Source of the DNA: Cyanobacteria bacterium J06626_4 | GTDB taxonomy: Bacteria > Cyanobacteriota > Cyanobacteriia > Phormidesmidales > Phormidesmidaceae | Length of the DNA stretch: 64,000 bases | Reading direction: 5' to 3' | NCBI GenBank assembly: GCA_038523235.1 | Contig: JBCBJQ010000010.1 | Coordinates: forward strand, 44,124-108,123 | Part shown: one piece after another, positions 1-8,763 of the stretch | How the letters are laid out: each line of letters starts with the position of its first letter | Numbering within the stretch: position 1 is the stretch's first letter | Notes under the pieces: model-generated | Told to the model about the DNA's origin: nothing | Databases searched by the model: none | The model's input: the letters and a program-made list of their open reading frames with translations, nothing else | Position numbers and translations under genes: made by a program

Positions 1-1
1 A

Positions 2-484
2 GCTCAGTATTTGGCTGCTTACGATGACCTGACCAATGCTTTTGGTAATGATTGGCAAGCTGCCATTGCACATTATATTGAGGTTGGCTACTGGGAAGGC
101 CGATCAACAGAAGGGGGAATGTTCGATCCGGCTCAATATCTGGCATCCCATGACGATTTGATTAATGCCTTTGGCTATAATCTGGCTGCTGCAAGACAGC
201 ATTATCAACAACATGGACGGAGTGAAAACCGCCAGCAAGACCTCTTTGATGAAGGTCGATATTTGGCTTCACACGCTGATTTAATCCAGGCATTTGACTA
301 TAACTTAGCGGCCGCAACTCAGCATTATATTTCGCATGGCAGCCGAGAGGGACGCAGTGATGATAATTTTGACCCAGCGGCTTACTTGAATAACTACGCT
401 GATTTGCAAGCAGCATTGGGTTCAGACTTAGCTGCTGCGACTCAACATTATGTTCAGTTTGGCTTTGCGGAAGGACGGACTTAG
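2..484 (+). CDS. C-terminal part of a protein with ~41-aa tandem repeats (FDxxxYLAxxxDLxxAFxxxLAAAxQHYxxxGxxEGR); probably surface/secreted
   Basis: Frame is open from the window edge (gct cag tat ttg = AQYL) to TAG at 482-484; four repeat units are visible; 5' part lies outside the window. Confidence 0.8.
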   Translation, partial: AQYLAAYDDLTNAFGNDWQAAIAHYIEVGYWEGRSTEGGMFDPAQYLASHDDLINAFGYNLAAARQHYQQHGRSENRQQDLFDEGRYLASHADLIQAFDYNLAAATQHYISHGSREGRSDDNFDPAAYLNNYADLQAALGSDLAAATQHYVQFGFAEGRT

Positions 485-802
485 ACATAGTCACAATCTC
501 AGGGCTAAGGACAAAAGTTGTAGCCTCTGATTGAATTGGCGCGCGGCAAAAGGCAGCATGACTCAATCAAAAGCTAATGCCAATAGCGCGGCCAGCTTTA
601 GGGAGTGGCTCCAAAATAGCGCCCCGATCGCCGGGGTTTGGCAGTGCCAAACCCTTACCGAAAAGGGTTATGTCCTGGAAAGGTTATTTAAGCGCAGAGC
701 CCTGAGCTTGATCTCTCAGACGGAAATCGATTTGGCTCAGTTAATGACTGATGTCGTAGCCACACCGGGAAGATTGAGAAAGGCTGATGAGAGGGACGGC
801 TC

Positions 803-2806
803 ATGCAGGGATGGTGGCGCTGGCTGAAATTTTGGGGGCTGGCGATCGCGGCAGCAATGCTCCTAGCAATAGTGGCTCATCCGGTGGCAGCGACACCACC
901 CCCCCAGGCCAGCATTGAGCAACTCGCTCAGAGCACCCTTGAGGTACTGGTACAGCAGGGCAATCGGCAGTTCGATGCGCGCAACTATGCCGGGGCAGAG
1001 CAGAGCTATCGCGAGGTATTAGAGCAGTTACCGCAGCACAACTCGGTGGTGGAATATCGGTCTCTCGTGACGAATAATCTCGCTCGCACCTATTTGCTGA
1101 CCGGCCAGTACGAGCCCGTCGTGCCGCTGCTAGAAGCGCTCGATGCCAATGGACAGGCCGCCCCTAACGCGCTGAGCAACTTGGCGCTAGCCTACTATTC
1201 ACTGGGCAATTATGCTCGGGCCGAGCAAATTTTGACCCGCGTGCTTACCAAGTGGGAGGCGATTCGCGCCGGCGACGACTTGGACGCGTTAGACAAAGTC
1301 ACCCTCTTCGAGCAGCAGGCGTATAGCTACACACTGATGCAGCGATCGCTCGTTGCCCAGGGCAAAACCACTGCAGCCCTAGAAATTTCTGAGCGGGCGA
1401 AAGCCAGAGCCCTGGTGGAACAGCTCGTACAGCAGCAGCGGGAAAGTCCACTGCCCGCCCCGCTCACCGCAGCCCAAATACAGGCGGTCGCACGACAGCA
1501 AAACACCACACTGGTGATCTATTCCGCTCTGGGGGACGGACGCCGCGTATTGGGCAACGAAGTTGAAACTGAAACCGACCTCTACACCTGGGTGATTGCG
1601 CCCCAGGGGGATATTCAATTTCGCCAAACGCCATTTAGAGGCGTTTGGCAGGGCATCGGTTTCCGCAGTGCTCGTGGCAACACTCTGTCGCCTTTTGAGA
1701 CACTCGTGCAGCAAACGCGAGAGGCGTTAGGCGTCACCACTCGCGGCATTGGGGTGGTGCCAACGGCTCGCCGCGTGACCGACGATTTACCACCGACCAA
1801 TCCGCTGCCGCTGCGATCGCTCGCCGAGATTCTGATTCAGCCGATTGCCTCCCTGTTGCCCAGGGACGCGAGTGATTTGGTCACCTTTATTCCCCAAGGG
1901 CCTTTATTCTTGGTGCCTTTTGCAGCCCTGCCAGTGGGGAACGACAGCTATCTAATCGATCAGCACGCGATCGCCCTATCGCCCTCAGTGCAAGCACTAT
2001 CGCTGGTGGCCGGCACGCACGACGCCACTGGCAGCAGCTTAGTCGTGGGCAATCCAGTGACGATGCCTAGTCTCGCGCCTGAACCGGGCCTGCCCCCCCA
2101 GTTGCTGCCACCCTTGCCCGGTGCAGAAGCAGAAGCGATCGCGATCGCCGATCTGCTCGGCACCGAGCCGCTCATCCGTGAACAGGCCACCGAAACCACG
2201 ATCGTGCAGCAAATGCCCCAACAAAGCATCATCCATCTTGCCACCCACGGCCTACTCAACCTCGATGCGCGGCTCAACGAATTTGGCCTGCCGACAGATC
2301 CGAATGCGCTCACCGCAACCGACAGCGATGTCTACGTCACGCCGGGAGCCGTCATCGTCGGCGATAACGTCGTGGTCGGGGAAACGGATGCCAGTGTTGC
2401 CCTTGCCCAAGAACGAGTCGTGCGGGTCAGTATGCCAGGCGTGTTGGCCTTCGCTGCATCGGCCACAGACGATGGCTGGCTCACAGCTGAAGAAATTGCG
2501 GCCCTCGACTTGCAGGCTGACCTAGTAATCCTCAGTGCCTGTGACACCGGGCGCGGCAGAATCACTGGCGATGGCGTGGTGGGTCTTGCGCGAGCATTTG
2601 TAGCGGCCGGAGCCGACACCGTCATCGTTTCTCTGTGGCAGGTTCCCGACGAGCCGACAGCGGCACTCATGGTGGCCTTTTATGAGCAGCTCGCGCAGAC
2701 AGCGAATAAAGCGATCGCTCTGCAAACCGCCATGCAGCTCACTAAAAATCAGTTTCCTGATCCTCGCAACTGGTCAGCCTTCGTCCTCATGGGCGAAGGC
2801 CGCTGA
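803..2806 (+). CDS. TPR + CHAT (caspase-like) domain protein with signal peptide
   Basis: Hydrophobic N-terminus, TPR-like helices, CHAT motifs IIHLATHG and LVILSACDTG, C-terminal WSAFVLMG. Confidence 0.9.
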   Translation: MQGWWRWLKFWGLAIAAAMLLAIVAHPVAATPPPQASIEQLAQSTLEVLVQQGNRQFDARNYAGAEQSYREVLEQLPQHNSVVEYRSLVTNNLARTYLLTGQYEPVVPLLEALDANGQAAPNALSNLALAYYSLGNYARAEQILTRVLTKWEAIRAGDDLDALDKVTLFEQQAYSYTLMQRSLVAQGKTTAALEISERAKARALVEQLVQQQRESPLPAPLTAAQIQAVARQQNTTLVIYSALGDGRRVLGNEVETETDLYTWVIAPQGDIQFRQTPFRGVWQGIGFRSARGNTLSPFETLVQQTREALGVTTRGIGVVPTARRVTDDLPPTNPLPLRSLAEILIQPIASLLPRDASDLVTFIPQGPLFLVPFAALPVGNDSYLIDQHAIALSPSVQALSLVAGTHDATGSSLVVGNPVTMPSLAPEPGLPPQLLPPLPGAEAEAIAIADLLGTEPLIREQATETTIVQQMPQQSIIHLATHGLLNLDARLNEFGLPTDPNALTATDSDVYVTPGAVIVGDNVVVGETDASVALAQERVVRVSMPGVLAFAASATDDGWLTAEEIAALDLQADLVILSACDTGRGRITGDGVVGLARAFVAAGADTVIVSLWQVPDEPTAALMVAFYEQLAQTANKAIALQTAMQLTKNQFPDPRNWSAFVLMGEGR

Positions 2807-2890
2807 GGATCGGACATTAAGTAGAATTGATAGAACCCTTGTTCCTAAGGTCAAAGCTGACAGGTCAAACACCGACGATGGGCAGTCACA

Positions 2891-5800
2891 TCAGGCCACG
2901 TCAGCGGTGTTGTCATCAACCGCTTCGGCTTCCGCCAGTTCGACGAGAAACTGCAGGGCTTTAGCCGTGTAGAGGGCACAAGTTTTGGGCGATCGCCCAT
3001 AAAATGCCGACCAAGCTGCCCCTTTTTGCGCTTCGTACTGGCCGAGGCGATCATCGCGACCCTCGACCCAGGCCAGTCGCACGGCGTGTCCTGTCAGCAC
3101 ATCGAGCGAGATATAGTCATCGAACTGCAAATCAGGGTTGCCTTGAAAAATAGCCGCCAGCTCGCGTAGAGCTTCGACAGTGAGATGACGGTATTCCGGC
3201 GCGTGAATTTTGGTCAGTAAGTGATCGAGTCGGCGGGCAAAGTTGGCTTCACCGGGCGTCATTTCGGAAAGCACTGATTCGCTATCGATGCGGTTGCGGC
3301 GATCGAGTTTGTCACCAATGATCACGCCTCTACAGTGGTGCAACAGCTCCCACATTTGCTGATAAAAGGCTTCGGGCAGTCGCGTGAGTTCGCCATCAAT
3401 CTGGCGCTGCCGCCACCAGTCCTCAACCTTTAGGGTCACCGCTTCGACCTGATCGGGCACGAGCCGCCACTGAATCGCCGATTTGGCTTTGATATGCAGG
3501 GATTCTTGCTTAAAGAGGGTGCGATTGAGGCCGCTGTAGCTAGCCAAGACCTGCCGCAGCAGCATCTTCACTTCGTAGGGACTCAGAGCAGTCAGGCGAT
3601 CGTAGGCTTCGTCACGGGGAATGTGATGCTCGCGAGCCATTTCGCTAGTTAATAGGAGAATCAAGTAGCCCACCCGCAGCGTCAGCAAACCGTCAAAGAG
3701 GGTGGGTTCGGCTTTGATCAGCACACTCAGGTAGACCACAATCTCTTGAGTCAGGGCGCGATCGCGCTCATCTTCGCCACAGTATTGGACGATCTTATCC
3801 ATGATGTCAGAGTGGGGCATCGGGTCCCGAATCAGCGACCCATCACTGTAGGCTTTGCCCACGGTGACATACTTTTGCCGCACCAGCAGTTCCGTCATCG
3901 CATCGGAGAGGTTAACGTCGATTTTGCAGAGCAGGCCAGCGGTGCGCCGCACAATCAGCCAGTGTTCATGGCGACCGGCTTTGACGTAAACCTCTTCCAG
4001 CAGATCACGCAGAGTGAGGGGGTGATCGGGCTGTCCCAGTGCCGTTTTGAACTCAAGTCCTTCCAACGCCAACAGGCGCGCCAGTAGCTCTACCTGTTCA
4101 TAGAGGTTGGTCGAATATTGCAGCGTATGGATCAAGCTGGCGGTGTCGGTCTCTTGCTCAATGTTAAACAGCTGCCAAACATCGAGAGGCTGCGTGGCTT
4201 CGGGCACCCACGCCAGGTAGGCCGACACCCAGGGCATATAGCGCAGCGAATGATCGCGCAGGGCATAGACCCCAATGTCGTCGATGCGCTCGATGCCTGC
4301 CGTCAACAGCAGCTGATAGAGCGGCCCCAACACGACGGGCACCTCGCCACACTTGCCGGTTTTGAGTTCTTGAATCAGCTGTAGCAGCGGCGATTCATGA
4401 ATCGGTCGCCGTCCCAGCTCAAACATTTCGTGGGTCAGCAGCAGCGTCATCGTGGGTCGCCCTAAGGCCTGCCAGTGATAGTGAATGTAGGCCAGTTCGC
4501 TGCGAATTTGCGCCACTAAAAAGTGGTAGTCAAGGGTGATGTAAAACTTCTGCGGATCTAAAAATGAGGGCAGAAACACCACCGTTTCGCCCTGGATGCG
4601 AAACGCCTGCGCCGTCGTGAGGCCGCGCAGGCGCCGAATGGGTCGGCCCGTGAGCCCGAGCTTGGGGTTCCAACCAATTTGCGCATACACGGCCGATAAT
4701 TCAGCCGACGGATAGACCTTGACTGGCTCTGCCTGGGCGGCAATTTGGGTCTCAATGCCGTAGTCGGCAAGTTCTTGACGCAGGGTTTCATTTTCAGCCA
4801 GCAGCGCGATCTGTACGGTCGATTGTCGCTGCCGCCCCACGCGTGCATGCCGTCCCAGCGGATCGATGTCGCCGGGGGTAAGCAGCCCCTCTTCTAAAAG
4901 CTGTCCGAGCAAATAGAGGCTTTGCGCCCAAATCAGCGGCACGTTGTCGTTCGGCAAGCGGCTCTGACTACCGGGGCGATCGCGTTCTGCGGCAATGCTC
5001 GCCTCGGGCACGTAATACAGCTCTGGCAGCAGAGGAAACCCGTCTTGGGCCACAGCGATCGCGTCTAACCGCTGACGATAAAATCGCACGGCGCGCGCAT
5101 CCTGGCGAAACAGCGCATCTAGATAGAGATAGGAGAAGAATAGCGGCCACTCACATTCAATATGTTCAAACTGCAGAAGTTCCTCAGGTTCATAGTGCAG
5201 GCGCGTCGTGTCTTCGATCACCGCTTGATGACCATCGCGCAAAAAGCGTTTGCAGCCGTAGCGACCCTGCAGCTTATCGACGATTTTTTCGCGTGTTTGA
5301 CGCACCAAATCAGCACTTTCGATCGCAAAGGCCGGATAGCTGATAATGCTGAGCACCGCTGCATCCACCTCTTTCGATCCTGACTCGCGGGGCAGCAAAG
5401 ATTCCAGCGTGAGGCGCGCGCGCGAAATTTCATCCGGCAACACGTGAATCACCGAGGCCTGACCGCCCTGAATGCCAAATAAGTTAAGCCCATCCATGGC
5501 CTCTAACGCCGCCTTGGCCATACCGACAGAGCTAGCGTTCAGTTCGGGCTTGCCGTGGTTCAGCTTGTTGCCCCGCTCCCAAATGCCATAGTCTGGCGTG
5601 CGATAGGCGCGGCCCACGTAATACACCAGATTTTGAATGAAGCTCACCTCGTCGAGGGTAAAGACGATGGAGAGCCCCGAAGCGGTCATTTGCGCCAGCA
5701 TCAGCAAAAAGACTGAGGTGGCGTCAATCTGCAAATGGCCCCACTCATTGTCTTCGACGACGGTGCTGCCGGTGGCCGTGTCATATTTAGCGTGCAGCGC

Positions 5801-6151
5801 TGCTAGCGGCTCTTGGGCCGCTTTGAACCGTTCGACTTTGTCGGCCTGCTGCATCATGGCAAAGAGCAGACCCCGCATCAGCTTCGTTACGCTCTGCTGC
5901 AGCTCATAGGGGCGACCCTGATGGTCATCAATTTTGCGATAGGCCAGCGCTAGCCCCCAGACGGCCAAAATGCTATAAACGTTGTCGCGCACCCAGGCAT
6001 CGGTATAGTCACCGTGGGTCGTGACCGCCGTACTGGCGGGCAGCAGGCCACTGACCGGGTGCTGCCGGAGCAAAATCAAGTCTTTAACCTGGCGATAGTA
6101 GGCATCAAGGCGATCGCTCAAGGCCGCGAGTGACGACATCTCTGAACCCAT
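2891..6151 (-). CDS. Glycoside hydrolase family 15 / phosphorylase kinase alpha-beta-like protein
   Basis: 1086 aa; AWVRDNVYS, WGHLQIDATS, DYGIWERG, KRFLRDG and ECEWPLF motifs typical of the PhK-regulatory/GH15-like family. Confidence 0.85.
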   Translation of the reverse strand: MGSEMSSLAALSDRLDAYYRQVKDLILLRQHPVSGLLPASTAVTTHGDYTDAWVRDNVYSILAVWGLALAYRKIDDHQGRPYELQQSVTKLMRGLLFAMMQQADKVERFKAAQEPLAALHAKYDTATGSTVVEDNEWGHLQIDATSVFLLMLAQMTASGLSIVFTLDEVSFIQNLVYYVGRAYRTPDYGIWERGNKLNHGKPELNASSVGMAKAALEAMDGLNLFGIQGGQASVIHVLPDEISRARLTLESLLPRESGSKEVDAAVLSIISYPAFAIESADLVRQTREKIVDKLQGRYGCKRFLRDGHQAVIEDTTRLHYEPEELLQFEHIECEWPLFFSYLYLDALFRQDARAVRFYRQRLDAIAVAQDGFPLLPELYYVPEASIAAERDRPGSQSRLPNDNVPLIWAQSLYLLGQLLEEGLLTPGDIDPLGRHARVGRQRQSTVQIALLAENETLRQELADYGIETQIAAQAEPVKVYPSAELSAVYAQIGWNPKLGLTGRPIRRLRGLTTAQAFRIQGETVVFLPSFLDPQKFYITLDYHFLVAQIRSELAYIHYHWQALGRPTMTLLLTHEMFELGRRPIHESPLLQLIQELKTGKCGEVPVVLGPLYQLLLTAGIERIDDIGVYALRDHSLRYMPWVSAYLAWVPEATQPLDVWQLFNIEQETDTASLIHTLQYSTNLYEQVELLARLLALEGLEFKTALGQPDHPLTLRDLLEEVYVKAGRHEHWLIVRRTAGLLCKIDVNLSDAMTELLVRQKYVTVGKAYSDGSLIRDPMPHSDIMDKIVQYCGEDERDRALTQEIVVYLSVLIKAEPTLFDGLLTLRVGYLILLLTSEMAREHHIPRDEAYDRLTALSPYEVKMLLRQVLASYSGLNRTLFKQESLHIKAKSAIQWRLVPDQVEAVTLKVEDWWRQRQIDGELTRLPEAFYQQMWELLHHCRGVIIGDKLDRRNRIDSESVLSEMTPGEANFARRLDHLLTKIHAPEYRHLTVEALRELAAIFQGNPDLQFDDYISLDVLTGHAVRLAWVEGRDDRLGQYEAQKGAAWSAFYGRSPKTCALYTAKALQFLVELAEAEAVDDNTADVA

Positions 6152-6505
6152 GAACTCACTACCCTCGAAAAGCTAAAGAAATCGTGAAACCAGACTACTG
6201 GATGTCAGGAATTTAAACTAGAGAACGGTTTGGTGGCAGCCGTTGATCCGCGTAAATTGCCCTTGAACCCGAATGATTGGTCCGATCATAGCCTCGGCGC
6301 AACCAGCGATGCTAGCGCTCACCGTCGTGACTTCACCTTGTGGACCATCCAGCCGGTTCACGAGCACCTGACTATCTGCAATGATTTCGGCAAAAAGGTC
6401 GGCTTTCTACTGAATAATGGAGTCTAATCTAGTAACGCCCCCTGAGGGGCACGATCGCGGCCAGGTTACGGCAAGCGATCGCCGAATCACGTTGAGGACT
6501 GTGCT

Positions 6506-7786
6506 GTGAGTTTTGCCACCCAAATGCGGAATGCTTTCAAGGCGTTAGCGTCGCCTAAAGTCAACGCCCCGGCGTTTGATGCGGTCACCTTTGACAGTGC
6601 CGTGATGAATACTTACGGGCGCTTTCCGCTAGCGCTAGAACGCGGTCAGGGCTGTCGCGTTTGGGATACCGACGGGCAAGAATACCTCGATTTTGTCGCG
6701 GGCATCGCCACCTGCACGCTGGGCCATGGCCATCCAGCCCTGGTCGAAGCGGTCACGCAACAGATGCAAAAGCTGCACCACGTTTCTAACCTCTACTACA
6801 TTCCAGAACAGGGCCAGCTCGCTCAGTGGCTCACCCAACATTCCTGTGCGGATAAGGCTTTTTTCTGTAACTCCGGCGCTGAGGCGAATGAAGCGGCGAT
6901 TAAGCTGGCCCGCAAACATGCCCACGTCCAGCGAGACATCGAGACTCCAGTCATTTTGACGGCAAATGCCAGCTTCCACGGGCGGACGCTGGCAACAGTC
7001 ACCGCCACCGGTCAGCCCAAATATCAGAAAAACTTCAGCCCGCTGGTGCCCGGCTTTCACTATGTGCCCTTTAATGACATCGCGGCCCTGCGAGCGGCGA
7101 TCTCCCAGTTCGATCAAGGCCAACCCCAAGTTGCGGCCATTTTGTTAGAGCCCCTGCAGGGTGAGGGCGGTGTTAATCCCGGCGATCGCGACTACTTTCA
7201 GCAGGTGCGGCAGCTCTGTGACGACACCGGCATTCTGCTGATTTTGGATGAGGTGCAGGTCGGCATGGGTCGCACCGGCCAGCTTTGGGGCTACGAAAAT
7301 CTGGGCATTGAACCCGATATCTTCACCCTGGCGAAAGGCTTGGGGGGCGGCATTCCCATCGGAGCGATGTTGTGTAAGCGCGACTGCGCCGTCTTTGAAC
7401 CGGGCGATCACGCTAGCACCTTTGGCGGCAATCCCTTTGTCTGTGGGGTAGCGACGACGGTGTGCCAAACGCTGATGCAAGAGCAGCTGATCGACAATGT
7501 CGCGGCGCGAGGCACCGAGCTGCGATCTGGGTTGACGGCGATCGCGCAGCAGCATCCCACCTTGTTCGCTGGAGTGCGCGGCTGGGGCCTGATCAACGGC
7601 CTAGTCTTAGCCAACGACGCCCCGATCAAATCGATCGACGTGGTTAAAGCCGCCATGGCTCAGGGCCTGTTATTAGTGCCTGCCGGCCCCAGCGTCGTGC
7701 GATTTGTGCCGCCGCTGATTGTCACGGCAGAAGAAGTCCAGGCAGCCTTAGCCAAACTGCGATCGGCCATTCTGACGCTGACCTGA
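6506..7786 (+). CDS. argD: Acetylornithine aminotransferase
   Basis: Class-III PLP aminotransferase motifs FFCNSGAEANE, SFHGRT, LILDEVQVGMGRTG, TLAKGLGGG, HASTFGGNP; GAGGA upstream of the GTG start. Confidence 0.92.
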   Translation: MSFATQMRNAFKALASPKVNAPAFDAVTFDSAVMNTYGRFPLALERGQGCRVWDTDGQEYLDFVAGIATCTLGHGHPALVEAVTQQMQKLHHVSNLYYIPEQGQLAQWLTQHSCADKAFFCNSGAEANEAAIKLARKHAHVQRDIETPVILTANASFHGRTLATVTATGQPKYQKNFSPLVPGFHYVPFNDIAALRAAISQFDQGQPQVAAILLEPLQGEGGVNPGDRDYFQQVRQLCDDTGILLILDEVQVGMGRTGQLWGYENLGIEPDIFTLAKGLGGGIPIGAMLCKRDCAVFEPGDHASTFGGNPFVCGVATTVCQTLMQEQLIDNVAARGTELRSGLTAIAQQHPTLFAGVRGWGLINGLVLANDAPIKSIDVVKAAMAQGLLLVPAGPSVVRFVPPLIVTAEEVQAALAKLRSAILTLT

Positions 7787-7794
7787 TGCCTAAA

Positions 7795-7902
7795 GAGATT
7801 TCCGGGCGCATCCCAAATTTGTCAATCCATCAATGCGTTTAGGGCGGGTATCTTGCCCGCGAGCAGGACTAGAAAACAAAAGTGGGATGTCCTCGAAATT
7901 TC
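7795..7902. repeat. MITE/REP-like intergenic element
   Basis: Imperfect terminal inverted repeats (gggcgcatcccaaatttgt ... acaaaagtgggatgtcc) around the internal palindrome gcgggtatcttgcccgc; lies between convergent genes. Confidence 0.6.
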
Positions 7903-7918
7903 CCAGCAGAAAGGCTCT

Positions 7919-8140
7919 TTAGTAGCTGTCTTCGCCATCTACGTTGTTGAGGGTCATGAGATGATTGGCGTCATCTAAGCGATCGGCGATCTCTTGTCTC
8001 ACCTCAATATCGACCTCTAAGTCAGCCAAGACTTCAACAGCATCTTGACGATATTCGGCACTTTGAGCAGTGTCTGCTTGATCTAGCTTTTCCAAATTTT
8101 CGTAGACTTTGTCGGGAGAGGGATGGGCGTGTAACGTCAT
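7919..8140 (-). CDS. Small acidic hypothetical protein
   Basis: ORF MTLHAHPSPDKVYENLEKL...EDSY; ATG at 8140 preferred over the TTG at 8164. Confidence 0.65.
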   Translation of the reverse strand: MTLHAHPSPDKVYENLEKLDQADTAQSAEYRQDAVEVLADLEVDIEVRQEIADRLDDANHLMTLNNVDGEDSY

Positions 8141-8763
8141 GGGATCGGCCTCGATTATTGACAAGGGTCTGAGACTAAATCACAGAGGAGAGCACATTTT
8201 AATGATGTGTTCTAGGTAGACGTGATCAATCGGGATGCAGGCTGAGACGGTCTCTCTAGATTGAAAGTTTCTCTGCAATTTAGCTTCTAATTCGCCATTG
8301 TGTGACATTCACAGATGGTTATCTGGTATACAGAAACGAACCGTCATAGTTATGTACTGACTGAGGCGTTTATTCATATTTTGTAAGAACTGCCGAGTTT
8401 AGACGCGATCACCTCAAAAACTGTCGCCTTAGTGGCCGTAGCGTCATTATCTAAGTGCCAGTGCGTTTAGCAGAACGGTAAAACACTGGTGATCAAACCT
8501 CGCTAGAGTTAACAATTTCTCTTAGATTTTTGTGGCCAACGCGGCGGCAACTTTCCGCGAACACCGTCAGAGAATCTTGGGTTTGATAAGAAATGATTCA
8601 GAAAACCGTAATGATATCTGACGATTTTCTTAAGTACAGCCGGAAAAGTAATTTTCTGGATAGATAATTCTCCAACACGCCAACGCGATCGCGCCCGCAA
8701 TCCACGCTGGGTAGCGTGATTGCCCTGGCTGATCCCCTGTGATGTTTAAGGCTCATATCAATA

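Noticed and set aside
531..827. 98-aa ORF between the repeat protein and the CHAT gene
   Set aside because: No recognisable motif and it overlaps the CHAT start; cannot be supported
8298..8316. tgtgacattcaca as a CRP or NtcA site upstream of gltB
   Set aside because: Spacing fits neither TGTGA-N6-TCACA nor GTA-N8-TAC
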